From IMG/VR virus record IMGVR_UViG_3300050821_009835, positions 124,001 to 188,000 of that record: a stretch of 64,000 bases of DNA. The stretch is one strand, 5' to 3'. The notes under the pieces were generated by a model. It was not told the DNA's origin. It worked only from the letters and a program-made list of their open reading frames with translations, and did not search any database. Positions within the stretch are counted from its first letter, which is position 1, and each line of letters opens with the position of its first letter. Below are positions 27,140 to 36,365 of this stretch, piece by piece. The position numbers and the translations under genes are program-made.

Positions 27140-27880
27140 TCACTTATTCTCCTTGATAATCGTAATGGGAAACCCAGCCTCAGCTACTTCTTTCTCCAGA
27201 AAGCACTCCTTTAAACTTTGTGCCCAAATCTTCTTGCCGGTTGGGTTACGTGGGTCCTCTTGCCAACGATAGCCTCGAGCCTTAGCAAGCTCTCGATCAT
27301 CATAACTAACAAGAGCTTCCACCATTACACTGGGCTGTTTTGCGAGGAAGATGACTCGTTCAAGATCGTAGTTGTCCAGAACCTTGAGCATGGTCATTAC
27401 ATCGAATACCGCTCTGTGGGGAAATGGGTTAAGAAATTGATGGTCCGCCGCCATATAAACCAGCTTGCGGCTCATTTTATGTTCTAATTCACCCAACTCA
27501 ATGTCAGTGTTAGTGTCGATCCAAGTCTTATTCAGATCCGGATCATAGCCGTATCGAGCGCACCAAGCATTGAAGAAGATTCGATCAAAGCGTGTACCAT
27601 TATGGAAACACGCATAATCGGCCATCTGGTACCAAAGGAGGAATTGCTTCAGGGCTCGTTCGTCTTCATAGCCGTACTTTTCGCACAATTCCGGTGTAAT
27701 GCCGTTAATTTTAGCTGTAATAGGGTCCCATTCACAACCAGCCCATGGCTTGACAAGATAACCCATCACTTTTATGGGTGCATGTAGTTCAGTCTCCCAA
27801 AGAACCATGCCAACTTCTGTTATAGCATTCTTTTCTGGAGAAAGGCCGTTGGCCTCGAAGTCACCACCTAAGAGCAGCAT
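27140..27880 (-). CDS. DnaQ/DEDDh 3'-5' exonuclease
   Basis: DFEANG, HNGTRFD, IDT, HRAVFDV. Confidence 0.85.
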   Translation of the reverse strand: MLLLGGDFEANGLSPEKNAITEVGMVLWETELHAPIKVMGYLVKPWAGCEWDPITAKINGITPELCEKYGYEDERALKQFLLWYQMADYACFHNGTRFDRIFFNAWCARYGYDPDLNKTWIDTNTDIELGELEHKMSRKLVYMAADHQFLNPFPHRAVFDVMTMLKVLDNYDLERVIFLAKQPSVMVEALVSYDDRELAKARGYRWQEDPRNPTGKKIWAQSLKECFLEKEVAEAGFPITIIKENK

Positions 27881-28260
27881 ATGGGAATCTGTAACCCCAG
27901 TTCCCGCTTCAACTTAGTCTTGGCTTTATACTGTTCGAGAGGTTTAAGTCGATTCTTAGCCATCTTCTTATCGACAGCGTCCTGCGCGCTAAACCCGCGC
28001 TCCTCGGCGTATGTCCACAAGTTGAGTTGGATGTCCGCGACTTCACCTTCGTCAGCTTCAACCGGGGTCCCAGCTGCTGCGCGACGTTCAGCCTGACCAA
28101 CCGATAGGTTGACGGCAGATTGAATTTTTTCTTTGGAAAGGCCAGCGGTTAAACCAAGTTCAACCGCTTCCTCGATGATGGCAAGCGCACGGCCTTGAGG
28201 CCCGGACCATTCTGGGAATGTCTCAGAAACCCATGCGTGAACTGATTTTTGAGTTTCCAT
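27868..28260 (-). CDS. MazG-like nucleotide pyrophosphohydrolase
   Basis: IIEEAVEL ... GEVADIQLNL ... VDKKMAKNR. Confidence 0.7.
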   Translation of the reverse strand: METQKSVHAWVSETFPEWSGPQGRALAIIEEAVELGLTAGLSKEKIQSAVNLSVGQAERRAAAGTPVEADEGEVADIQLNLWTYAEERGFSAQDAVDKKMAKNRLKPLEQYKAKTKLKRELGLQIPICCS

Positions 28261-28275
28261 TAAAGTGAGTTTCCA

Positions 28276-29169
28276 TTAAAGTGCATCGATATTTCCTAAT
28301 TCTGCCTCTTCCGAAGTCTCAGCAGATGCTCCCGACAAAGCCGCCTTCAACTCGAGTAACGTGACTTGCTTACCCAGCTTGGCTCGTAACTTCTTACCAT
28401 CTAAATACGGTTTGATGGCCTCAAGAACAGCTTCCTGCACCTTCGGGTCAGAACGCCACCGCGCCTTACCTGCCAAAGCGTAGTTGTAGCCACCACCCGT
28501 TTCAGCATTTTTCCACGCGAAAGTAAAGTCAATATCATAAACGGTCGGACTGTCCGTGGACCAAGGACGTGCGATTTCCTCGGGAGGCAAACCACTCAAA
28601 GTCTGGAATCCCTGACGAGATAGCTTGACCCACTTAATATCAAACTGAACAGGATCCTTATATCTCGTCTTCCCGTCTTCTCCTTTAACAGTCGCATACT
28701 TACCGTCCTTGGCGACGTTAGTGTAGTGAACGGCTAAACAAGCGATGGCCAACTCAGCAGGTTCCTTACAATCAGTGCAGCAAATGGCCTCTTCAGTGAT
28801 ATTGCCGTGCTTATCACGAACAGAATGACAAGCAAAGGTGCCCTTCCCCTTGATCCAATGAGAGTAGCCTTTCTTCGGCTTCACACTGACAAGAATAGGA
28901 AGACCCGTCGCGTCTCCGATAATACTAGCACGAACTTTGTCAGTCGTACCCTTTGGCGGCAGGAGTTTACGAAGGCCAGTCTCCTTCATAAGTTCTTCAT
29001 CGCCGAATTCTACATCTTCTACAACGCCTTTCACGGGTGCTGAACTCTCAACTTCTTCTCCAGCATCGGCCACTTCGGTGGCTGGTTGAGGAGCAGGTGT
29101 CTCTACGGCAGGTTTAGTCGGTACAATTCCCGCCAATTCATCTGTAACTTCTTCAACAAACTTAGCCAT
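28276..29169 (-). CDS. Probable single-stranded DNA-binding protein (gp32-like)
   Basis: Aromatic OB-like core with Cys/His ligands and acidic tail EEAELGNIDAL; replication-gene context. Confidence 0.6.
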   Translation of the reverse strand: MAKFVEEVTDELAGIVPTKPAVETPAPQPATEVADAGEEVESSAPVKGVVEDVEFGDEELMKETGLRKLLPPKGTTDKVRASIIGDATGLPILVSVKPKKGYSHWIKGKGTFACHSVRDKHGNITEEAICCTDCKEPAELAIACLAVHYTNVAKDGKYATVKGEDGKTRYKDPVQFDIKWVKLSRQGFQTLSGLPPEEIARPWSTDSPTVYDIDFTFAWKNAETGGGYNYALAGKARWRSDPKVQEAVLEAIKPYLDGKKLRAKLGKQVTLLELKAALSGASAETSEEAELGNIDAL

Positions 29170-29524
29170 TTTGATTCTCCTTTACTTCTTCCGCTTTGCG
29201 GAGTCTTCCCAACGTTACAAATTTAATTTTACGCTTGTCTTTAGTGAGCGAAACAACGTAGTCACCTTTTTCGTCTCTGCTAAAAGGAATCTTTCGAAGG
29301 ATCCCTGGCCGATGATGAACTCTTAGTTTTGCGAAACTGTTCAATTTCAAACTGAAGTTGTCGATGCCAATGTTATCCAGCAGAACTTCTTCAATGCCGG
29401 AAATTACAGTGGCAAGAATAGCTTCAGTTTCTTTTTTGGTTAAAGATTTATCTCCAATAACCGGGGGTAGTATCTTTTGAAGATGTGTGATCAGTTGCCC
29501 GCGACCTTTGATCTTGTCAGCCAT
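29162..29524 (-). CDS. HU/IHF-like DNA-binding protein
   Basis: Helical N-terminus, LKLNSFAKLRV...R..PF arm, IKFVTL. Confidence 0.7.
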   Translation of the reverse strand: MADKIKGRGQLITHLQKILPPVIGDKSLTKKETEAILATVISGIEEVLLDNIGIDNFSLKLNSFAKLRVHHRPGILRKIPFSRDEKGDYVVSLTKDKRKIKFVTLGRLRKAEEVKENQNG

Positions 29525-29531
29525 TGTTTCC

Positions 29532-30323
29532 TTAACAATAGATACTACTGTTTCTTAGTGCTTGAGCTGTTCCATGCCAAATGTTAGTGATTTTAAGAGT
29601 GCATAGAAGTGGGTTATATCTCAGAATTCGCCATTTATTCAGCTCTAAAATAGACGCTCGCAAACGATTCAACTCTAGAGAACGGCTAATGTCCTTGAGT
29701 ACTTTAAACTTACTGGGACGCACTCCAAACTTATGCGCAGCTTCCTCATCCTCGTCTTTCGCATAGACAAGTGCAATGCAATCTCGATAGAGAGTGTTTA
29801 ACCTGTACTGAGGATCCACGTTCACTGGAAGCCAATCTTTTGATGACCAAGGCTCCGGCCATGGCTTAAAGGGTTCTGGAGTAAGGCCAGTAAGCAACCA
29901 AACAGATTCCCACACGGCAGCAGTTATGTCCAAAATCGGTTCCTTGATGAGTTCGTCAGCGAAAGCAGCAATTTCTGTAGGTGTCTTTTTAATCCCTAGA
30001 ATTGACGCAGCATGACGAACTACAGCATAAAGACCCGAGCTTCCTTTAACGAGTGGGGAGATAGAAAATAAGTCAATCATTCTACGAACTTGTGGTGAAA
30101 ATTCTAGATTCCAAGAATGCTCTACTTGATAAAGAAACGATTCTTGGTTCCCCAGGACATCTTCATCCCGAACAATATCCTTGAACTGAATAGGAAGACC
30201 TAAGAATTTTGCGGCAAACTGCTCCTGAACTGGATCATAACCAATAAGAATATTGTGCTTTTTTATAGTTTTCTGATCAAGCAAGGCGGGAGTAGACGGG
30301 TAGGAGGTTTCTTTGACGCCCAT
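29532..30323 (-). CDS. Hypothetical protein (possible replication accessory)
   Basis: 263 aa in the replication operon. Confidence 0.5.
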   Translation of the reverse strand: MGVKETSYPSTPALLDQKTIKKHNILIGYDPVQEQFAAKFLGLPIQFKDIVRDEDVLGNQESFLYQVEHSWNLEFSPQVRRMIDLFSISPLVKGSSGLYAVVRHAASILGIKKTPTEIAAFADELIKEPILDITAAVWESVWLLTGLTPEPFKPWPEPWSSKDWLPVNVDPQYRLNTLYRDCIALVYAKDEDEEAAHKFGVRPSKFKVLKDISRSLELNRLRASILELNKWRILRYNPLLCTLKITNIWHGTAQALRNSSIYC

Positions 30324-30324
30324 G

Positions 30325-30960
30325 TTATGCTGATACTAAAGGGGAAGGAAGTACCTCATAATTACTGCCTTTAGTCTTCCATGTATAAAATGAACCGGCA
30401 GGGCAGCCGCAATCCCTTACTCGGTACTCTGTACCACAACCAGCACAACACTCCACCTTTTCGGGATCCAGAATATCTTTCATGAATAGATTGAAAGTCT
30501 GATAGCGAGTAACGGGCTGAATTGCTCTAAGGTGACTAAGCCGGGTATCGTACTTCCCTCCATGCTTAAACGCGCCTACATCTTGTAAATGAACAAAGAT
30601 ACTGCTGATAACATCCTTTTTATCTTCTTCTTCCGGGCCAATAACAATACATTTCTTACCCCAAGCCAACGCCGCGCCAAATTCAGCAATGCGCGTGTTA
30701 CGTTCCATGGGGATACCTGGATCAAAGAGAATCAAAGTATCTGCACTAGCAATATTGAAGAGATCACGCTCAGAAAAATTTTGACATTCAGAATGTAGAG
30801 AAGTGTAGATGAGGGTTTTGTTATCTGAAGAAGTGAACTGTTGCTTCTGATGAAGCCATTCAGCAGTAATGGTGTACCCAATAGCTGCTAATCGGTCAGC
30901 ATATCCAAGAATGCGTCCCTGCCAAGAAAACGGGCCTGCCGGGTAGATGTTCTTCATCAC
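30325..30960 (-). CDS. Nucleoside 2-deoxyribosyltransferase-like protein
   Basis: IYPAGPF, D...I..AD.LI, AEFGAALAWGK. Confidence 0.7.
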   Translation of the reverse strand: MMKNIYPAGPFSWQGRILGYADRLAAIGYTITAEWLHQKQQFTSSDNKTLIYTSLHSECQNFSERDLFNIASADTLILFDPGIPMERNTRIAEFGAALAWGKKCIVIGPEEEDKKDVISSIFVHLQDVGAFKHGGKYDTRLSHLRAIQPVTRYQTFNLFMKDILDPEKVECCAGCGTEYRVRDCGCPAGSFYTWKTKGSNYEVLPSPLVSA

Positions 30961-30979
30961 GATTTAATACTGTTTATTC

Positions 30980-31294
30980 CTATGCACCTTGGAAAATAGC
31001 GATGATATAAAACAACACACCAACAGCAAGAGCGGTCTTCAATACTCTGCTAGAAAATTTTCTTGCGGTGTCAAAAGCGAGCATTCCCACCAGAATCATC
31101 ACAAGCAAAACACAACACGCTGCCCAATTACTCACCAAAAGTGGTAAAGCATTCACAAAATAGATTTTAGCTTGCACCGGGTGGTAGAAACACCAAGCAG
31201 TGATGAGGAAAGGCATTGCAAGCAGCCACAGGAAAAGAATGACTGTGTCTACAAGAAAATCTCCAATCCAACTTAGAATGTCTAGAATTTTCAT
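30980..31294 (-). CDS. Membrane protein
   Basis: Three hydrophobic segments. Confidence 0.5.
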   Translation of the reverse strand: MKILDILSWIGDFLVDTVILFLWLLAMPFLITAWCFYHPVQAKIYFVNALPLLVSNWAACCVLLVMILVGMLAFDTARKFSSRVLKTALAVGVLFYIIAIFQGA

Positions 31295-31327
31295 GGATCC
31301 TCTACCTAGAGTCTACGTATTTAACGA

Positions 31328-32083
31328 TTATTTCGGGTAGCTCGTTGATTCTGTAGGTTTTTCATTTTGGAACCGCTTATGTGCTTCCGCCACTAGAGAA
31401 ATGTACTTTTGAGCATCCTTCAAATGCAGCATCACTCGCCTTCCCAAAGAGGTTAGAGAATACACCTCTTCTTCGTGAGTATCCATTATCCCATAGCAGA
31501 CACTAACGAGACAGAATGCTTCAACCAATTGACGTAGGAGATTGCTTTTAAAAGCTATCTGCTGTTCTGGCGAAATTGGTTTCCCGGATTTATCAGTCAG
31601 CTCTATTTTAACCGCTGCCGAAAGCGAATCGACCATGTACTCATGTTTGGGATCATTCAGCTCACAGAGAAGCACAAGATAAAGAGTTCTCAATGCAGTC
31701 TCAAATGTACCCTGAAGCTGTCGAACCTGCTCTAAGATCAACTCTCCAACGAGGAGAGCCACCCCAAACGTTGCCCCCCACTTTATGGCAAGGTCTGGTG
31801 TATTCGGCATGAGATTAAATTCTGTCATGGTTGGATACATAGCATATTTTTCAAGCAAAAGAGATTCAGCCTTCATAATTGTAAAAACCTTTTCCTTTTG
31901 CTTTTCTTCAGGTTCATCTTCAATAGCCTGTAAATTTTCATTGCTGGCGATCTTAGCGAGTTCCTCAGCAGTCTGGCGAGTACAGAGCTTCTGCCGAAGT
32001 AAGACCTTCTTGAGATCCTCAATGGTGCGGATATTGATTAGCGGGATAGAAGCTGGTTGTGGAGAAGGGCGGCGAAGATTCAT
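31328..32083 (-). CDS. Hypothetical protein, possible C-terminal winged helix
   Basis: YSLTSLGRRV motif. Confidence 0.5.
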   Translation of the reverse strand: MNLRRPSPQPASIPLINIRTIEDLKKVLLRQKLCTRQTAEELAKIASNENLQAIEDEPEEKQKEKVFTIMKAESLLLEKYAMYPTMTEFNLMPNTPDLAIKWGATFGVALLVGELILEQVRQLQGTFETALRTLYLVLLCELNDPKHEYMVDSLSAAVKIELTDKSGKPISPEQQIAFKSNLLRQLVEAFCLVSVCYGIMDTHEEEVYSLTSLGRRVMLHLKDAQKYISLVAEAHKRFQNEKPTESTSYPK

Positions 32084-32095
32084 GCTTTCTATTAC

Positions 32096-32374
32096 TTAGA
32101 TTTTAACTTGGAGCATGCGAGTGAGGTAAACAACAAGGGGACGAAGATTATCGAAAGTCTCTGAAGGGCGAGTGCCAACCTGAGCCACAAAGAAATCTCC
32201 GGCATAGATATCGGCTATCCAATTCCAATCATTTGTTTTCCCCATCGCACGCCAAGCAGGAACGTCTTTCAACGAGCGACGCCAGGCATAGGTGATCCCG
32301 GTATCGGTAGGAATCAGCTTCTCCAACGTAGCATTGAAGACTTTGATGTCTTTTGGTTTAGGAAAACGCAGCAT
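32096..32374 (-). CDS. Hypothetical protein
   Basis: MLRFPKP start adjacent to the upstream stop. Confidence 0.45.
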   Translation of the reverse strand: MLRFPKPKDIKVFNATLEKLIPTDTGITYAWRRSLKDVPAWRAMGKTNDWNWIADIYAGDFFVAQVGTRPSETFDNLRPLVVYLTRMLQVKI

Positions 32375-32376
32375 TG

Positions 32377-32570
32377 CTATTCCCAATACAGCCGATATTG
32401 GGTGCCGTAAATCTCATTCAATTTTTTGAAATAGGCATCCGTTTTGATTTTGCACATCCATCCATCGCCCTTGCAAACAACACCCTCCCAGACCGAGTAA
32501 TCTCCACGACGAACGGCATCAATAAACGGTTGATTATTCCTTTGAATCTGTCTATTGAATAAAACTACGC
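32377..32570 (-). pseudogene. Start-less C-terminal remnant of an RNA-ligase-like nucleotidyltransferase
   Basis: Frame reads NQPFIDAVRRGDYSVWEGVVCKGDGWMCKIKTDAYFKKL...YWE*; no start codon after the upstream TGA. Confidence 0.5.
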
Positions 32571-32575
32571 CTCAT

Positions 32576-34330
32576 TTAAACCTTTGCCTTTGGGCGCAGG
32601 AATTGAATCGAATCCGTCCACCATTTCGGCAACACATACTGGTTCTTGGTGAGGAAAAACTCAAAAGCTGAGTCTAAGATATATGTATGACTCTTATCAG
32701 TTTTTGATCGTACAGTTCGGCCCGTGGCTTGCACCATTGCAAGTGCTGTCAACCACTGATAATATGCCGGGTCTCGCTCCAAACGAGCTTTCTGATAAAC
32801 ATCCAGGGCTGGGTACATTACTTTACAGATTATCGCGAACCGACCTAGATCATCTTTAAGATCCAATCCTTCACCCATTGAAGGGGACATAAGCACCGTG
32901 GGTTCCAAACTTTCCATGTGCCGCACTATAGCAGCTTCACGGTTCCCTTGCTCCGAATTATGGGTAATAATTCTAGGACCAAATCCTCGAGAAGTCAAAT
33001 ATTCCACAAGGTAATTCGTGATCTTGTAGCTATGGGTATGGATGATGCCCTTCTTCCCTGCGTATTTAGTCAACAACTGAACAACACCATCCGCCATATG
33101 AGGCATCGTTTGTTCGATGAACTTCTGTGACATTGATCCGCAAGGCCAGAAGAAGATTGGGCGATTCTCCAGCGGGAATTCACTGCCTAGCTTCACGATC
33201 GTGGCTTCTTCTTTAGAGATGCCCAAATTGCGCATGACGGTTGTGAAGTCGAGAATCGTCGCGCTCATCATCAGAATCTTGTTTGCTTTGCTGAAAAGAA
33301 CCTCATCCGCAAACAACGTCGCGGTCAACGGTTTAATGGTGAGATTACCCGATTCCTTGCTGTTCTTATCCGTGTTGGTCCAGCATAGCCAATTACTCGG
33401 ATCATTACTGTTGATGAAGCGATTCAGGCGGCAAGTGTACTTATCATACGAATCGAGTTTCTTAGCATACTTAATGGCTTCATCTCGATTGCCTGAAAGT
33501 TTGGCTTCTTCAAGAAGATCTTCCAGCTTTTGCATGTAAGTTACTAGAGCAGGGCGAAATGCACTGACTAACCATTCATAAGTTTTGGCATTCTCACCCG
33601 GCTTGATAAAAGGCATCGGACCAGCACCGACTTCCTCATTACGCTTGCGAGTGATGACAGTATCAGTGAAGCCTAAGACTTGTGATTCAACATTATGCCC
33701 TTCATCCAGCACCAGCATTTCTCGAGTACCCAGCTGCCCAGCATATTGCGTCTCATTCAGGAAATAGGCGAAATTCATCGTACCAACGCCAGAACTCAGC
33801 ATTGTTCTTTTCGCGTATCTGTAAGGGCAACTCTCACAAACCGTCCGCTCATCACCCTGCTTTGCAGAATTGTTGAGAAGGGCACCCGTATCACAATCAG
33901 TATCGTGATCGCTACACCAATAGTTTGACTTGCCTTTAAGTTCTACCAGACCCATTTCTTCAAAATCTGACATGTATTGTGCAGTTAGAGATTTTTGCGG
34001 GGATAAAATATACCCGCCAACTCGATGTTTATCCCCACCATAGCACGGTTTGGTCTTTGCCCATGACGCGGCAGCAATTGCCAGTCCGGATTTTCCTGTG
34101 CCTGTTGGAGCCTCTATGATTACGAACTTCTTTTCTTGCTCATAGGATTTTTCAACGGCAGAAAGGGAAGCATCTTGTGAAGGGCGAACAGCCTCAAAAG
34201 GGAAGTGGTCACGCAGATTGGGCGAGAAGTTGGTTTGGATGTTCATCCGCTTCTTGCCACTAGAAAGTTTTGGTGTCGATTCGAGTTGAACCAGCGGGTT
34301 ATTGACGGTTGCCATCTTCTCTCCACTCAT
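32576..34330 (-). CDS. DinG/YoaA/XPD-family Fe-S helicase
   Basis: EAPTGTGKS, GKSNYWC..C..CPY, LDEGHN, MSATI, GLDLKDD..R, QATGRTVRS. Confidence 0.92.
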   Translation of the reverse strand: MSGEKMATVNNPLVQLESTPKLSSGKKRMNIQTNFSPNLRDHFPFEAVRPSQDASLSAVEKSYEQEKKFVIIEAPTGTGKSGLAIAAASWAKTKPCYGGDKHRVGGYILSPQKSLTAQYMSDFEEMGLVELKGKSNYWCSDHDTDCDTGALLNNSAKQGDERTVCESCPYRYAKRTMLSSGVGTMNFAYFLNETQYAGQLGTREMLVLDEGHNVESQVLGFTDTVITRKRNEEVGAGPMPFIKPGENAKTYEWLVSAFRPALVTYMQKLEDLLEEAKLSGNRDEAIKYAKKLDSYDKYTCRLNRFINSNDPSNWLCWTNTDKNSKESGNLTIKPLTATLFADEVLFSKANKILMMSATILDFTTVMRNLGISKEEATIVKLGSEFPLENRPIFFWPCGSMSQKFIEQTMPHMADGVVQLLTKYAGKKGIIHTHSYKITNYLVEYLTSRGFGPRIITHNSEQGNREAAIVRHMESLEPTVLMSPSMGEGLDLKDDLGRFAIICKVMYPALDVYQKARLERDPAYYQWLTALAMVQATGRTVRSKTDKSHTYILDSAFEFFLTKNQYVLPKWWTDSIQFLRPKAKV

Positions 34331-34357
34331 ATTATACGGTTGGGGCGAGAGGATCAG

Positions 34358-34597
34358 CTAAATCTGCTCTTGACGTTCAACTGAACAACGAATTGGTGGC
34401 AGCTGCCCAAAAGTCTTTAATGTTAAGTACAGATACCCAGTTAAAAATAAGAGGAATCGCTCGCGTAGAGTCAATCGCCATTTGGTTTCCACGTAAGGCC
34501 CGATAATATTTGCTGGAAGTGTTAAATACTGTGGTTGACTCTTAGCTATTTCAACAAAACGTGCGTTCACACGAAGTTCTGGTTTAATGGGTTTCAT
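34358..34597 (-). CDS. Hypothetical protein
   Basis: AKSQPQYLTLPA motif; ATGA overlap. Confidence 0.5.
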   Translation of the reverse strand: MKPIKPELRVNARFVEIAKSQPQYLTLPANIIGPYVETKWRLTLRERFLLFLTGYLYLTLKTFGQLPPIRCSVERQEQI

Positions 34598-35259
34598 AGT
34601 ATCGCTCTAAAACAATCACTTGTGCAACTGTAACGTTGCAAGGCTTCCTTCTTACAAATACTAAGTTCTTCGTCATGAAGAAACTCCAAAATGTTTTCCG
34701 CAATATCCCAAATCTTCGCACGAAACTGATTATCCTTCATTCCAGAGAGATTTGCACAATACAACTGGAGCCTGCCTATGTGGTGTTCGCAAAAATCACG
34801 AGGCAGGCCACTATATACTTCCACCCCGCACTTTCGAAGAAGAAGAATAGCATCCTCCAATCTTTGCTGAGGCGCATCAATGTGATTATAGATACAGCAA
34901 AGTTTAAACCATAATTTCTGGCGAGTAGAAAGATCATCCCATTTTGGTGCTGCTCGAACTGCTAGTGCAACAAGGATGTCCGCCTCCATTTGCTCAACCC
35001 GAAGGAAATTCAAGCACCCTTGAATTTCCTCTGGTTCCATACTGAGAAAACGTTCGCGACGACGTTCTTTTTCTTCTCGTATCAGACGAGACGAGCAAGC
35101 AGCTTCGCCTGCTTCGCCTACACAGCACAAAACTAATTCTTGATAAGGAATTGAAGGAAGGCTGGTTTCATCAAACCTTTTACCGTGAGCGATTAAATCA
35201 TCACGTAGAAGATAAAAATTCTGCCTCGGGGTTCCCAGGTTCTCTATTTCGATTTTCAT
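34594..35259 (-). CDS. Hypothetical protein
   Basis: 221 aa. Confidence 0.5.
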   Translation of the reverse strand: MKIEIENLGTPRQNFYLLRDDLIAHGKRFDETSLPSIPYQELVLCCVGEAGEAACSSRLIREEKERRRERFLSMEPEEIQGCLNFLRVEQMEADILVALAVRAAPKWDDLSTRQKLWFKLCCIYNHIDAPQQRLEDAILLLRKCGVEVYSGLPRDFCEHHIGRLQLYCANLSGMKDNQFRAKIWDIAENILEFLHDEELSICKKEALQRYSCTSDCFRAIL

Positions 35260-35356
35260 GCGTCACACGCCCAGCCCCAAGGCATGCCTTGCAAAGTTGG
35301 TCATGAATCTCACCATCTCCATCACAGGCTGGGCAAATATCGTCTTCAGGAAGCAT
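35201..35356 (-). CDS. Small DnaJ-type zinc-finger protein
   Basis: CPACDGDG...CKACLGAG. Confidence 0.5.
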   Translation of the reverse strand: MLPEDDICPACDGDGEIHDQLCKACLGAGRVTHENRNREPGNPEAEFLSST

Positions 35357-35624
35357 TAGGAATTCGAGGTTCAAATTCGAGTGTGTCCAAATTAAGCTGC
35401 CAAACAGCAACATCAATGGCTAAGTCTTTCACCAATCCAGAAATCCAGTCTCGAAAACTCGCATCTGCTGTTCGCGCATGCGTTGTAGCATTCTGAAATT
35501 GAATTTGAGAATTGAGTTGTTGCCACTGTAGTTCCCGAGTTTTATATTTTTGAAAAACATCGAGAGTGGGTTTTACAGGTGGAGAAGACTTTGGAGACGC
35601 CGATTCTATTACTTCCGTTGCCAT
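35346..35624 (-). CDS. Hypothetical protein
   Basis: 92 aa; preceded by the AGTATTGA motif. Confidence 0.5.
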   Translation of the reverse strand: MATEVIESASPKSSPPVKPTLDVFQKYKTRELQWQQLNSQIQFQNATTHARTADASFRDWISGLVKDLAIDVAVWQLNLDTLEFEPRIPNAS

Positions 35625-35659
35625 AACGTTTCAATACTTGATTGCATAACGTTTCAATA

Positions 35660-36331
35660 TCAATTTGCCAAACCTACTATTTGCCAAGTAGTGGATCCAT
35701 CAGACTCTAAAACTACACACTGACCCTGGTTGGTTAAAACATAGGAAGTCATGGAGAAAGCCGCCCCTATAAATTGCCCGGCTACGGGGTTCAAGGAAGC
35801 ACCCCCTCCTGTGGTTGCTGTCAAAATCGCTTTGATGGTCTGGCCTTGGTATAAAGTAGCATCAGGTAGCTGAATTGGTGCATTCCCAGAAGCGCCGACT
35901 GAAATTTTCACTAAAGTCTTAAAGTTGGTTCCTCCAGCAGCCACAGTACCTCCAGAAGCCGTGAAAGTCTGTACGCTATCCCCCATATTTGCCCAAGCAG
36001 CAGCTGTAGAACTCGTGGCCACAAGTACCTGCCCTGAACTTGGCGGGGTGCTGCTAATTTGTACCCCGTAAATCTTATTGGCATTGATGATACCCGAACC
36101 AGAGAATGTTAAATTGGCCCCACTGCCCACTACCATTAAAGCACTGGTATTAGTACCACTAAGGAGATTCTCAAATCCAGCGGCGGCTCCCGCCGAAAAG
36201 AAACTTGGATCCAAAGTTCCATCGCTGTTTGTCACAATAGGAACACCTGGAGCGGCAGGGCTTGTAGCTGCACCCTCAACAAGATCATAGAAGAAGGTTT
36301 GCTGGTTAAGAATTAGAAGAATTGTGGCCAT
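35660..36331 (-). CDS. Probable virion/fibre protein
   Basis: Gly/Ser/Thr-rich; PSSGQVLVATSSTAAAW fibre-like motif. Confidence 0.55.
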   Translation of the reverse strand: MATILLILNQQTFFYDLVEGAATSPAAPGVPIVTNSDGTLDPSFFSAGAAAGFENLLSGTNTSALMVVGSGANLTFSGSGIINANKIYGVQISSTPPSSGQVLVATSSTAAAWANMGDSVQTFTASGGTVAAGGTNFKTLVKISVGASGNAPIQLPDATLYQGQTIKAILTATTGGGASLNPVAGQFIGAAFSMTSYVLTNQGQCVVLESDGSTTWQIVGLAN

Positions 36332-36365
36332 TGGTCCTTTTCAAGCTCGATAATGCTTCTAAAAG

